64,000 nt of DNA from Candidatus Giovannonibacteria bacterium RIFCSPHIGHO2_12_FULL_44_22 (GCA_001778695.1 MFHU01000003.1:75112-139111), one strand, 5' to 3'; shown: positions 1-12,158, counted from the stretch's first letter. Translations and numbers: made by a program. Notes: a model not told the origin generated them from the sequence alone.

Positions 1-1068
1 GCGGTTGTGGCGGCGTTCCGCGCCGTGCTTACGGGAAAGCAAACAGCGATTATGGCGCCCACCACGATTTTAGCCGACCAGCATTTTGAAATTTTTAAAA
101 AACGCCTTGAACTTTTTGGGGTAAATGTGGCTAGGCTTACCCGCCTGGAAAGCTCGGAAAAAATAAAAGAAATTTTAAAAAAGATTGAAGACGGCCGGAC
201 GGATATTGTAATCGGGACGCATAAAATTTTAGGAAAAAACATAAAGTTTAAGAATTTAGGCCTATTAATTATTGACGAAGAACAGAAATTTGGCGTTGCC
301 CAGAAGGAAAAATTCAAAAAAGAGAATCCTTCGCTTGATATTCTGACTCTTTTCGCGACGCCGATTCCTAGAACCTTGCAATTAGCGCTTTCCGGAATCC
401 GCGCGATTTCCGAAATCTCAACTCCTCCGGAAGGCAGAATGAAAATTGAGACTTTCGTGCTCCCAAAAAATAAAAGATTAATCAAAGAAGCGATTTTATA
501 TGAATTAAAAAGAAAAGGCCAAATTTATTTTCTAGCCAATAGGATCCATAAAATCCCCGCGCTTTTGGAGGAAATTAAAATTTTAAAAACCGGCGCCAAA
601 ATAGGCGTGCTTCACGGAAGAATGCCGGAAGCTAAAATTATAAAAACCATGCATGATTTTCGCGAAGGGAAATCAGACCTTTTGGTTTCCACCACGATTA
701 TTGAAAATGGGATGGATCTTTCCAACGTAAACACTTTGATTGTGGAAGATGCCACGCGCTTGGGGCTTTCGCAGGCGCACCAATTGCGTGGAAGAATCGG
801 GCGTGGAGATAAAGAGGCGTTTGCTTATTTTTTGTACCTTACTCAGCACCTCAAAGAAAAAGCCGTCTCTAGATTAGGGGCGCTAGAGAGGTATTCATGG
901 CTCGGCGCAGGTTTGGAAATTGCTAAAAGAGATTTGGAAATCCGTGGCGCGGGAAATATTTTGGGCCGCGCCCAGTCGGGCATCGCCTTCCGCATCGGAT
1001 TAAATCTTTATTTTGAACTTTTGGAGGAAGCAATTTCGGAAACCCGTGGATTTGACAAAAATAGCTAG
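1..1068 (+). CDS. mfd: Transcription-repair coupling factor Mfd, 3' portion (5' end outside window)
   Basis: SF2 motifs APTTILADQH, IIDEEQKFGV, ATPIPRTL, QLRGRIGR and TRG motif RDLEIRGAGNILG; ends about 30 aa after TRG. Confidence 0.93.
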   Translation, partial: AVVAAFRAVLTGKQTAIMAPTTILADQHFEIFKKRLELFGVNVARLTRLESSEKIKEILKKIEDGRTDIVIGTHKILGKNIKFKNLGLLIIDEEQKFGVAQKEKFKKENPSLDILTLFATPIPRTLQLALSGIRAISEISTPPEGRMKIETFVLPKNKRLIKEAILYELKRKGQIYFLANRIHKIPALLEEIKILKTGAKIGVLHGRMPEAKIIKTMHDFREGKSDLLVSTTIIENGMDLSNVNTLIVEDATRLGLSQAHQLRGRIGRGDKEAFAYFLYLTQHLKEKAVSRLGALERYSWLGAGLEIAKRDLEIRGAGNILGRAQSGIAFRIGLNLYFELLEEAISETRGFDKNS

Positions 1069-1080
1069 ATTTACTAAGTT
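1052..1080 (+). promoter_or_regulatory. Sigma70-type promoter, copy 1 of a duplicated 30-bp element
   Basis: TTGACA-17 bp-TAAGTT upstream of AAGGAGG RBS of ORF 1118; 26/30 identical to 1822-1851. Confidence 0.6.
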
Positions 1081-1117
1081 TATCGCAGATAGTAAAACTC
1101 AAAAAGGAGGGTGATTT

Positions 1118-1777
1118 ATGTGGACTAGCGCGCTTTGGATAATTGGAGGCGTCTGGATTTTGTGTGGGATTTTTTTCTGGTTCTTTGTAAAATCTCTGAA
1201 AGAAATCAAACGCTCAAGTTGGCATTACAAGCTCTACGATCTTGTGTGGAGTAATTATCCTCAATATTCTTCTTCTTATGCGCTTTGTTTGACCGTTACG
1301 CCATTCGCATTGATTGTGGCTATATGGTTTGTTCTTTGTTGGTTCGTGATCGGTTGCCCAATTAGGTTTCTCCTTAATTGGGTCATCTGGCCGTTTTTCT
1401 TTGGCAAGAGGCCCGTTGATGGATGGAGTAAGAAATACTGGGGCGATTTGATTGATACAGATACTCTCCCTAGTGATAATAGTACATATATTAATTGTTC
1501 TTTTTGGAAATGGCTTTTGTTGCCAGTCGGCGGAATATCTATGGAAACATTTATGTCGCCGTCCCCATTTGTGATTCTTATTGAAGGATTGACCGTTGTC
1601 TGGCTGTTTTACAAAATGCTTTTTAGGGCATTTTTGCCTCTAGAAAAATATATTTTGGGAGGCACAGTAGTTTTAATGATACTGATTGTTATAACAGCAT
1701 GGCTTAAACCACATCTGAAGAAGATATATATTAAATTGAGAAACAAACTTAGTGTCCATCTGCCCATCGTGGATTAG
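1118..1777 (+). CDS. Hypothetical membrane protein
   Basis: 219 aa, several Trp/Phe-rich hydrophobic segments, RBS AAGGAGG, terminator-like hairpin downstream. Confidence 0.7.
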   Translation: MWTSALWIIGGVWILCGIFFWFFVKSLKEIKRSSWHYKLYDLVWSNYPQYSSSYALCLTVTPFALIVAIWFVLCWFVIGCPIRFLLNWVIWPFFFGKRPVDGWSKKYWGDLIDTDTLPSDNSTYINCSFWKWLLLPVGGISMETFMSPSPFVILIEGLTVVWLFYKMLFRAFLPLEKYILGGTVVLMILIVITAWLKPHLKKIYIKLRNKLSVHLPIVD

Positions 1778-1822
1778 CGTTTCCGGCTGCTGGTCTTTGA
1801 CCGCAGCTTTTTTATTTATAAT

Positions 1823-1851
1823 TTGACAAAAAAACCTAGATTTGCTAGGTT
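1823..1851 (+). promoter_or_regulatory. Sigma70-type promoter, copy 2 of duplicated element
   Basis: TTGACA-17 bp-TAGGTT upstream of ORF 1897. Confidence 0.6.
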
Positions 1852-1896
1852 ATTTTTAGATTTGACAAAAAATTTTTCAGGAGAAAAGGAGACAAA

Positions 1897-2724
1897 ATGG
1901 CGCAATATAAAATAGGTGCGATGGAAATTACGGAAAAAATATATAGACTTTTAAGAAGTCAACAAGGAGAGATACTTCGCTTGTCGCGAACTTCTGTGAT
2001 GCGGGAAAAAGAAGTAAAAGGATTTGTCGGGGAGCTGGATTTATTTTTACAAACGGTTCTTTGCGATTTTTTACCATCGCTTATTGACTGCAAAATTGTG
2101 AGCGAGGAGATAAAAAGCGCGTGGCCGCCAGTATCTAGCGATTTTTGGATTATTGATCCACTAGACGGCACCGATAACTCCGGAATGCTTTCTTTCAACT
2201 TTGGCACAATGGGCGCTTTGATTGAGAGAGGTGGAATCTCTTTGGCGTGGATTTATCTTCCTATTAGAGAACAGGTCTTCGGAGACGGATTTTTCTTCGC
2301 TGTTCGTGGGAACGGAGCTTTTCAAAAAACGCCTATTGGTTTTAAGCCATTGCATGTCTCTGACAAACGAGATTTTGAAAAAGCCAATGTTTTTTTGGAA
2401 GGAGAAAGTAAAAAACTTCCAGAGTCGCCGTTTATCTGTAAAATCAGACAAAATACTCGCAACCGCAATGGTATGTCCTGCGCTCTATCTTTCGCCTTGC
2501 TCGCTTCCGGATTTCACGCACCAATCCCTGTTGATGCTGTGATTTCTTATAAGAATGAGCCCTGGGATAATTTGCCTGGAATATTGTTGACCGAAGAAGC
2601 CGGCGGTAAGGTTACTGATTTCTACGGAAGGCCTTGGTCGCTTGAAAATTGCGGCAGTTTGGTTTTTTCCAACGGGCTTTTGCATGGCCAGATCATTGCT
2701 CTCAACTGCCCAGCTTTTCGCTAG
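1897..2724 (+). CDS. Inositol monophosphatase family protein
   Basis: SEE, WIIDPLDGT, PWD..G..L.EEAGGKVTD motifs. Confidence 0.9.
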   Translation: MAQYKIGAMEITEKIYRLLRSQQGEILRLSRTSVMREKEVKGFVGELDLFLQTVLCDFLPSLIDCKIVSEEIKSAWPPVSSDFWIIDPLDGTDNSGMLSFNFGTMGALIERGGISLAWIYLPIREQVFGDGFFFAVRGNGAFQKTPIGFKPLHVSDKRDFEKANVFLEGESKKLPESPFICKIRQNTRNRNGMSCALSFALLASGFHAPIPVDAVISYKNEPWDNLPGILLTEEAGGKVTDFYGRPWSLENCGSLVFSNGLLHGQIIALNCPAFR

Positions 2725-2761
2725 GATACGATATGGCCTTAATCCAAATGGATGGGCCTTT

Positions 2762-3913
2762 TTATTTTTCCTGATTTTCTTGCACTTCCTCTTTCGGAGC
2801 CACAGGCGCTTCGCCTTTTTTCCCGAGAAACGAAAGCGAAAGTTTTTTATCTTCCGGTTTATAGTTCACTATCTGGAAAAAATATGACTCGCCGGCCAAA
2901 ACCATCTCGCGCATTTTTTTCTCCGTGCCGAATTCCGAAATATGGGCGAGTCCGTAGATGCCGGTGTCCAAAGTTATCAGCGCGCCGAATTTATTTAAAC
3001 GCAAAACTTTTCCTTCCACAATATCGCCTTTTTTATATTTTTCTTTGTGCGTTTCCCAGGGGTCCGGCTTTAAGGCTTTCACTGAAAGTGAAATTTTGTC
3101 TCCGTCTATTGAAATTATTTTAGCTTTTATTTGTTCACCGACTTTAAAAAGCGCGTTGGGGTTTTCCACCAAAGCCCAATCCAGCTCCGAGATGTGGGCG
3201 AGCCCCTCCAGCCCTTCCTCTAATTTTATAAATATTCCGAAATCAACCACGCCGGTAACTTCTCCCTCAATAATGTCGCCGACTTTGTATTTTCCCACGA
3301 CTTTTTTCAAATCTTCTGACTCCGCGCCTTTTTCTGAAAAAATAAGTTTGTTTTCTTTGGGGTCAAAATCCAAAATGGTGACGGAGATAGCCTCTCCAAC
3401 CAATTTTCTAAGCTCGTCAAAAATTTTTTCTTTCTCGCCATTCTCAACTCGCGGGTAGTGGGACGCTTTGAGTTGCGACGCCGGCAGAAATCCTTTGATG
3501 CCGCGCCATTCCAAAACCACGCCGCCTTTGTTGGCTTCCAAAACTTTCAAATTCAAAGCTTCCTGCGAACCCTTCAGCTCTTTAGCTTCTTTCCAAATCA
3601 TTTCCGAGCCCGCTTCTTTCAATGAAAGCTCAACGAAGCCGTTTTCATTTTCAAGTTCCACGATTTTTGCCGTTACCTTATCTTCCGGTTTCAGATTTTT
3701 AATAAGCTCCCGCGCGTTTTGATATTCCTGGCCGTAGATGATGCCGGTGCCGAAAATTCCCAAATCCAAAAACACTTTGGCGCCTTCCCGCTCCAGCACA
3801 CAGCCCTCAATTAAATCGCCGATTTTAAGAAAAACCTTCGGCCGCGCTTTAAGCAAAGCGTCCATTATGCCGTTATTCGGCTTAATATCTTTTTCCATAG
3901 CTAAATTCGCCAT
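2762..3913 (-). CDS. rpsA: 30S ribosomal protein S1 (four S1 domains)
   Basis: Repeated S1 domains (GFLPASQL, DFGIFIKL..GLEGLAHISEL, KFGALITL..GLAHISE); start placed at ATG 3913, 7 nt after a TATAAT box. Confidence 0.88.
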   Translation of the reverse strand: MANLAMEKDIKPNNGIMDALLKARPKVFLKIGDLIEGCVLEREGAKVFLDLGIFGTGIIYGQEYQNARELIKNLKPEDKVTAKIVELENENGFVELSLKEAGSEMIWKEAKELKGSQEALNLKVLEANKGGVVLEWRGIKGFLPASQLKASHYPRVENGEKEKIFDELRKLVGEAISVTILDFDPKENKLIFSEKGAESEDLKKVVGKYKVGDIIEGEVTGVVDFGIFIKLEEGLEGLAHISELDWALVENPNALFKVGEQIKAKIISIDGDKISLSVKALKPDPWETHKEKYKKGDIVEGKVLRLNKFGALITLDTGIYGLAHISEFGTEKKMREMVLAGESYFFQIVNYKPEDKKLSLSFLGKKGEAPVAPKEEVQENQEK

Positions 3914-3950
3914 TGATTGGATTATAAGCATTTTGCTACAATTGTCTAGT

Positions 3951-4600
3951 ATGGTCATAACTTACTACGGGCTTTCGTGTTTTAAAATACAAAGCGGGGA
4001 CACGGTGTTGGCTATTGACCCTTTTTCAAAAGAGTCGGGGCTGACGCCACCGAGGTTTGAGGCGCACGCTGTTTTGGTGACGCACGATCACGAAAACCAC
4101 AATAATATTGAAACGCTTTCCGCGAAGGGTGAGGGCGTCGTTTTCAAAATTACTGGTCCCGGCGAATACGAGTTTAAGGGGATTTTGGTGCGTGGTTTTT
4201 GGTCTTTTCACGACTCTAAAAACGGCAAACAAAAAGGGAAAAACACAATTTATATAATTGAATGGGAAGGGATGAAGCTCGCGCATTTGGGCGATTACGG
4301 CGAGGAAACTTTGCGGAGTGAAATTCAGGAGGCATTGGGCACGCCGGATATTTTATTTTTGCCGGTGGGTGGCGGCGATACAATAGACGGCGAGGTGGCA
4401 GCGAAATTGGCGAACCAAATTGAACCGCGCGTCATAATCCCTATGCATTATAAAATTTCGGGGCTCCGAGCGAAATTGGACGGCGTGGAAGTTTTTATGA
4501 AAGAAATGGGAGAGAAGGCGGAGCCGGAAGAGAAATTTACAATTAAGAAAAGCGGACTACCTAACGCCGAGGATTCCAAAATAGTAATTTTAAAAACGCC

Positions 4601-4604
<4 letters not shown>
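3951..4604 (+). CDS. MBL-fold metallo-hydrolase
   Basis: ITYYGLSCF, IDPF, THDHENH, HLGD, IPMHY; probable start ATG 3951. Confidence 0.88.
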
Positions 4605-6828
<2,224 letters not shown>

Positions 6829-6833
6829 ATAAT

Positions 6834-7460
6834 ATGAAAATCACAAAACACATTCATTCATGTTTGCTGGTGGAGGATGCGGGGAAACGGATTTTGGTTG
6901 ACCCTGGGAATTATACTTTTGAGGAGGGCGCGCTGGATTTGGGGAAAATTGACGGCTTGGATTTGATTTTGATAACCCACGAACATTTGGACCACGCCTA
7001 TCCGCCTTTGATTAAAAAAGTTTTGGAGCGCTTTCCGGATGTTAAAATTCTGGCGAATTTATCCACCAAAAATTTCTTAACGAAAGAAGGCATCGGCTCT
7101 TTTGCGAATAATTTTGATGGCATCACTTTGGCGGACGCTCCACATGAATTTTTGCTAGGCGGACGGACTGCTGAAAATTCGCTTTTAAATATTTTTGGAA
7201 AATTAACCCATCCTGGCGATTCACTAAAATTTAACGCGTCTCTCCCGATTTTGGCTTTGCCCATCCAAGCACCATGGGGAAGCATGGTGGCCTCGGTTGA
7301 AAAAGCCGCGCTCGTAAAACCGAAATTTGTAATTCCAATTCACGATTGGCATTGGAAAGATTCAGCGCGGAAGAAAATGTACGACATGGCAAAAAATTAT
7401 CTGGCCGAAAAGGGCATTGAGTTCCGGAGCTTGGAAACTGGAGAAGAATTTGAAGTTTAG
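6834..7460 (+). CDS. MBL-fold metallo-hydrolase
   Basis: HSC, VDPG, THEHLDH, HPGD, PIHD. Confidence 0.88.
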   Translation: MKITKHIHSCLLVEDAGKRILVDPGNYTFEEGALDLGKIDGLDLILITHEHLDHAYPPLIKKVLERFPDVKILANLSTKNFLTKEGIGSFANNFDGITLADAPHEFLLGGRTAENSLLNIFGKLTHPGDSLKFNASLPILALPIQAPWGSMVASVEKAALVKPKFVIPIHDWHWKDSARKKMYDMAKNYLAEKGIEFRSLETGEEFEV

Positions 7461-7483
7461 CTTTAAATTGCTACAATAATCCT

Positions 7484-7765
7484 ATGATTTCTAAAGAAGA
7501 AATAGAACATCTGAAGGATTTGGCAAGAGTAGAATTTGGAGCGAAGGAAACTGAAAAGCTTGCCAAGGATTTGGACGAGATTTTGGAATACATTGACCAA
7601 CTTAAAAAGGCGGACGTTTCAAACGCTCCGGAAATGACGCACGCGCTGGAGGGAGTAAAAAATATTGTTAGGAAAGATGAAAACAATAAATATAATTCAG
7701 AGGATTTAATCGGCGCGTTTCCCGAAAAAGAAAATAGCTATCTTAAGGTAAAAGCAATTTTATGA
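7484..7765 (+). CDS. gatC: Asp/Glu-tRNA amidotransferase subunit C
   Basis: MISKEEIEHL..LAR...L..IL.Y..QL pattern; directly upstream of gatA. Confidence 0.92.
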   Translation: MISKEEIEHLKDLARVEFGAKETEKLAKDLDEILEYIDQLKKADVSNAPEMTHALEGVKNIVRKDENNKYNSEDLIGAFPEKENSYLKVKAIL

Positions 7766-9159
7766 CGATTTTAGAATTTCACAAAGCCCTTAAAAATAAA
7801 AAAACTTCCGCAAGAGAGACGGCAATTTCCTATTTGGACAAAATAAAAAAGGAAAATAAAAATTTAAACGCCTATCTGGAAATTTTTTCCGCCAGAGGGG
7901 GATCCGCATCTGGCGGAGAGTATGACGCGCTTAAGCAGGCAAAAGAAATTGACGAGAAAATCGCTTCGGGCGAAGAACCCGGCGCGCTTTGGGGCGTGCC
8001 GATTGCCATAAAAGACAATATTTTAATAAGAGGGGAAATTGCCTCCGCTGCCTCAAAAATTTTAGGAAATTACGTGGCTTCCTACGACGCGCATGTGATT
8101 GCAAAATTAAAAAAAGCTGGCGTAATATTTTTGGGGCGCACCAATATGGACGAATTTGCCATGGGTTCATCAACCGAAAACTCCGCCTACGGTCCGACAA
8201 AAAATCCGCGCGACACTTCCAAAGTTCCGGGTGGTTCATCTGGCGGCTCGGCCGCCGCCGTTGCCGGCGGCCTCGCCATGGCTGCCTTGGGTTCAGATAC
8301 CGGGGGCTCCATCCGCCAGCCGGCGGCTTTTTGCGGAGTTGTTGGTTTGAAGCCCACTTACGGCGCGGTTTCCCGAAACGGACTTATCGCCATGGCTTCT
8401 TCTTTGGACCAAATCGGACCAATTACCCAAACAGTGGAAGACGCGGAAATTTTATTTAATACAATTAAAGGAAAAGACGAAATGGATTCAACTTCTGTTT
8501 TACCAAAAGTTTTCAACCGCGCCGCCAAAATTAAAACCATTGGCATTCCCAAAGAATATTTCAGTGAACAAGGTCTTGACCCCCATATTAAATCAGAACT
8601 TGATAAAGTAATTAACAAACTTGAGAAAAATTATGAAATCCACGAAATCAACTTGCCGCATACCAAATACGCTCTGGCTTGCTACTATATAATTGTACCG
8701 GCGGAAGTTTCATCCAATATGGCGCGGTTTGACGGTGTAAGATACGGCGAAAGAAAAGATGCCGGAAATTTGATTGAAACTTACAAAAAAAGCCGCGGCG
8801 AGGGAATCGGGCTTGAAGTCAGAAGAAGAATTTTGCTGGGCACTTACGCGCTTTCGGCGGGCTACTACAACGCGTATTATTCCAAAGCCCAGCGCGTCCG
8901 TTCGTTGGTTGCAGAAGATTTTAAAAAAGCATTCGCCGAAGTTGATCTGATTTTGGCGCCCACCGTTCCTACTCCGCCTTTTAAAATCGGCGAAAAAACA
9001 AATGACCCATTGGCTATGTACCTTTCCGATATTTATACTATTCCGGCAAACTTGGCGGGCGTGCCAGCGCTCACTTTGGCTTCAGGCGCCCAGCTTATTG
9101 CCCCGCATTTTGAAGAAAATAGATTATTTGAAGTCGGTAAATTTATAGAACATGATTGA
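7762..9159 (+). CDS. gatA: Asp/Glu-tRNA amidotransferase subunit A
   Basis: Amidase signature GGSSGGSAAAVA, GSDTGGSIRQPA, RRRILLGTY. Confidence 0.97.
   Translation: MTILEFHKALKNKKTSARETAISYLDKIKKENKNLNAYLEIFSARGGSASGGEYDALKQAKEIDEKIASGEEPGALWGVPIAIKDNILIRGEIASAASKILGNYVASYDAHVIAKLKKAGVIFLGRTNMDEFAMGSSTENSAYGPTKNPRDTSKVPGGSSGGSAAAVAGGLAMAALGSDTGGSIRQPAAFCGVVGLKPTYGAVSRNGLIAMASSLDQIGPITQTVEDAEILFNTIKGKDEMDSTSVLPKVFNRAAKIKTIGIPKEYFSEQGLDPHIKSELDKVINKLEKNYEIHEINLPHTKYALACYYIIVPAEVSSNMARFDGVRYGERKDAGNLIETYKKSRGEGIGLEVRRRILLGTYALSAGYYNAYYSKAQRVRSLVAEDFKKAFAEVDLILAPTVPTPPFKIGEKTNDPLAMYLSDIYTIPANLAGVPALTLASGAQLIAPHFEENRLFEVGKFIEHD
7888..7917. repeat. 30-bp hairpin inside gatA, encodes SARGGSASGG
   Basis: TCCGCCAGA-N12-TCTGGCGGA; paralogous to 32926-32955. 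Confidence 0.85.
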
Positions 9160-9688
9160 TCTCATAAACTCAATTTTTGATTTGGCTTTTAATATTATAG
9201 ATTTTTTAATTAACTACGATTATTCGCGGCCGGTGCCCTTGCTAAAGGCCTTGGCGGTTTATATTTCCATCCCGCTGGTTTTTGGCATAATTTACAGCAT
9301 TTACAAATCCAACCAGATTTTCAGGGCGATGCACGTTTTTGACGAGCCGAAAGGAACGCCGTTGGAGAAAAATAAAAATCAGGAGGATTGGGATAAAATT
9401 TTGGCTGGCGGAAAATCGGAAAATGAAAACGACAGGAAACAAGCAGTAATTTCCGCGGATTCTTTGATTGAGAAAATTTTGGGGATGGCCGGATATTCTG
9501 GAGAAAATTTAGGGGAGAAATTAAAAAATATCGAGCCAGCGGATCTGGATTCTCTGGACGCGCTTTGGGAAGCGCATAAAATCAGAAACCGCATCGCCCA
9601 CGAAGCCGGCTATCAGCTTCTCAAAGAAGATTCCGAAAAAGCCCTCGCCCTTTTTGAAAAAGCGTTGAAGGAATTGGAATATATTTAA
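9152..9688 (+). CDS. Hypothetical membrane-anchored protein with HEPN-like RxxxxH motif
   Basis: N-terminal TM segment, C-terminal RNRIAH. Confidence 0.65.
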   Translation: MIDLINSIFDLAFNIIDFLINYDYSRPVPLLKALAVYISIPLVFGIIYSIYKSNQIFRAMHVFDEPKGTPLEKNKNQEDWDKILAGGKSENENDRKQAVISADSLIEKILGMAGYSGENLGEKLKNIEPADLDSLDALWEAHKIRNRIAHEAGYQLLKEDSEKALALFEKALKELEYI

Positions 9689-9703
9689 TTTTTCTTTTCG
9701 CGG

Positions 9704-9774
9704 TAGCGGGGGCGGGAGTTGAACCCACTTCTGGAGGTTATGAGCCTCCCGAGATACCGTTTCTCTACCCCGCA
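9704..9774 (-). tRNA. tRNA-Met(CAT), initiator-like
   Basis: Cloverleaf TGCGGGG/CCCCGCT with 1:72 mismatch, A11-U24, loop CTCATAA, TTCAACT; CCA not encoded. Confidence 0.88.
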
Positions 9775-9813
9775 TCGTAATCGCTATTATACTGTCTTTA
9801 TTAAGATTGAGCA

Positions 9814-9863
9814 AAGAAAAACCGCCCTTCGTCCGCCAACTAGCGGACTCGGCGGTTTTTCTT
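9814..9863 (-). terminator. Terminator hairpin downstream of cold-shock gene, with internal GTCCGCCAACTAGCGGAC hairpin
   Basis: AAGAAAAACCGCC ... GGCGGTTTTTCTT inverted repeat. Confidence 0.7.
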
Positions 9864-9872
9864 CCGCAACGC

Positions 9873-10073
9873 TTATGCGCGCGATACATTGACTGCCGCT
9901 GGGCCTTTTTCGCCCTCAACGACTTCAAAGGTGACTTTGTCGCCAACCTTCAATTCGTCATATGTTACGCCTTTCAACTCCTTGGAGTGAAAGAAGAGAT
10001 CCTTTGTCTCGCCTTCGCGAGCAATGAATCCAAATCCTTTGGGCGTAAGTGTCTTGATTGTTCCTTCCGACAT
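9873..10073 (-). CDS. csp: Cold-shock domain protein
   Basis: RNP1 KGFGFI, RNP2-like LFFH, KGPAAVNV. Confidence 0.95.
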   Translation of the reverse strand: MSEGTIKTLTPKGFGFIAREGETKDLFFHSKELKGVTYDELKVGDKVTFEVVEGEKGPAAVNVSRA

Positions 10074-10201
10074 GCGATTTGTTTTTATAATTAACTATAC
10101 CGAGAAACTCGACTTTGTTTCTGTGCTTTACAACACCAAATTAGTGTAGCATGTAATCGGAATTTATACAAATAAAAAAAGGGGAGCCGGCGGGGGCTCC
10201 C

Positions 10202-11047
10202 TTAATGCGCTGATTCGTCCAGAGGCAATTCATGTTTCGTCTCCTGATTTGAGCACGAAAAGTCTTCAGGATTGAAAGTGCCGGCCAGATAAGATTTAAA
10301 TAATCTCCCGGCGCAAGCCACTCGAAATGGGTAAGTAGGAGTCCAATCATGTTTCGCAGAATCAAATTTGGCAATCATCTCCGCCAGTTGCGGGTTTTCC
10401 CCCGAATGGGCTATAAAATACAGCTTGGTTGGAGTCATATCCTCGTTTTCCCATCCCGGTGTTTTCTTCGCGACGGAAATGAATCTATTCACTAAACCTT
10501 CCCCCGCGTGATACGCCCAAATTGCGTTGTTTATATTTCCGAAGCGCTCCGCGAGGCCGGCAAGATGTTTAGCCGAAGCCATTGTCGCCAATTTAGGATT
10601 AAATCTATCATCCCGCACGATAACTTTTTTATAAACGGGAATTCTTGTGATTTTCCCTTTGCGTCGGGCAACGACAGTTTTTTTAATATTGCCGTATTTA
10701 ACTAGCCCCATATTTTTTCCGGTAAGGGGCATAATTTGCCCGATTCCGGAAGCTCCCGAGCGGTTTTTTGCCGTGGGATCACAGCCACTTTCCAGAAGAA
10801 TGATTTCCAAGAGTTTGTCTTCCGGAAATCCGCTCGTTTCTGAGGCCTCGCGAAACATTTCAAGGTAGGTGGTCTTAGCGCATTCGCTAAGGCCTTTAAA
10901 GAATCTTTCTTTCGCAATGAAGACTCGCGCTTGCATCGCGATAAGGGCTTCCTCTTTCTCTTCAAAGATCTTGTTGGCATCTATCTCCTGCCCATACACT
11001 CGCAACGTAACGGCGAGCAATAAAATTGAAAAGATCGCTATTTTCAT
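10202..11047 (-). CDS. Secreted lytic transglycosylase (SLT domain)
   Basis: Signal peptide; ES catalytic motif, GIGQIMP, AYHAGEG. Confidence 0.85.
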   Translation of the reverse strand: MKIAIFSILLLAVTLRVYGQEIDANKIFEEKEEALIAMQARVFIAKERFFKGLSECAKTTYLEMFREASETSGFPEDKLLEIILLESGCDPTAKNRSGASGIGQIMPLTGKNMGLVKYGNIKKTVVARRKGKITRIPVYKKVIVRDDRFNPKLATMASAKHLAGLAERFGNINNAIWAYHAGEGLVNRFISVAKKTPGWENEDMTPTKLYFIAHSGENPQLAEMIAKFDSAKHDWTPTYPFRVACAGRLFKSYLAGTFNPEDFSCSNQETKHELPLDESAH

Positions 11048-11203
11048 AATAAACCCTCCTTCTATAAAATGAATTATGAACTAAGAAATACATAGCACCC
11101 TTCAATTTAAATGTCAACTATTTGTTTATGCGCGTTTGCCGCCAAATTGAATACACCCGTCAGTAAAATGTATTCGGCTCTTGTTTCTGATTCGTTCATA
11201 CAG

Positions 11204-12076
11204 TTATACGCCTATCTTCCATATTTCTTTTTCAAGAAATGCTTCGATAGTTTGGCGCGTCGCTTTATTAATGAGATTTGAATGTGATAATTTATTTTCT
11301 TTTGCGTACTCGGCAAGTGTAATAATTTTCTTACCTTCCAAATACGCCAGCCTTTTGTGGTAACTATTAGTAAGCGACTTAGCTACAATTTCTTCCATAA
11401 TCTCTGTTTTACTTTTTGTGTCGAATTCCTTGAACGCATCATAATATTTTTTCCGGTCAATGAATTTTATGTTGATCGGCGCATATCCCTCACGAATTAA
11501 AAGATAATTATTGATCACTCGCCCAATGCGTCCATTACCATCTACAAACGGGTGCGTGTATTCAAAGGCAAGATGTAGCCCAGCAATTCGTTTAATAATA
11601 TTTTCTTGACTGCTCGCATGATATTCTGCAAGCATTTTTTCAAGTCGCCCCGCCACTTCTTCCGGCTTTGGCGCGATATGGCTTCCCACTCTCACATATT
11701 CTCCCGACGCACGAAACCTTCCGGCAACATCATCACGAATATTTGAGATAAGCATTTTATGGAGAGATAAAATAACATCAAGCGTTAATTCTTGTTCTTT
11801 GGCTCGCTTCTCTATATATGACACCACTCTAGCCAGATTTTTTGCTTCAAAAATTTCTCGCTCACTGATAAACCTGTCTAGGTCAATTTGGAGCAGTATT
11901 TTTTCAGTTTCTTCAAGAGTAAGCGTGCTATTTTCAATAGCGTTGGAGTTATAAACTTGTTCAGCAATTTCCGCTTCGCTCACAAGCTTAATAAGCGCCT
12001 CTTTGCCGGTAGACGCTTTATAGTATCTTTCACGCAGTGAGTGTATTTTATTAAAAACGCTTAATACTTTAGCCAT
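11204..12076 (-). CDS. Fic family protein (class II, N-terminal inhibitory helix) with C-terminal HTH-like region
   Basis: HPFVDGNGRIGR; SNAIEN matches (S/T)xxxE(G/N). Confidence 0.93.
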   Translation of the reverse strand: MAKVLSVFNKIHSLRERYYKASTGKEALIKLVSEAEIAEQVYNSNAIENSTLTLEETEKILLQIDLDRFISEREIFEAKNLARVVSYIEKRAKEQELTLDVILSLHKMLISNIRDDVAGRFRASGEYVRVGSHIAPKPEEVAGRLEKMLAEYHASSQENIIKRIAGLHLAFEYTHPFVDGNGRIGRVINNYLLIREGYAPINIKFIDRKKYYDAFKEFDTKSKTEIMEEIVAKSLTNSYHKRLAYLEGKKIITLAEYAKENKLSHSNLINKATRQTIEAFLEKEIWKIGV

Positions 12077-12084
12077 ATACCCCC

Positions 12085-12158
12085 ATTATAGTAAAATTCA
12101 CGGTTTTGTCAACATAATCGTGAAAATATAGTATTTTTTTGATGTTTTTCACGGTTTT
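12085..12158 (-). promoter_or_regulatory. Fic promoter with repeated operator-like boxes
   Basis: Minus-strand TTGACA (12107-12112), 16 bp, TATAAT (12085-12090); TTCACGGTT/AATCGTGAA around the -35 and another TTCACGGTTTT at 12148. Confidence 0.65.

Noticed and set aside
3738-3950. N-terminal extension of the 288-aa ORF
   Set aside because: Antisense overlap with rpsA; the MBL domain starts at ATG 3951
10202-11047. Prophage lysis gene
   Set aside because: Has a signal peptide, its own promoter and terminator, and no phage genes nearby
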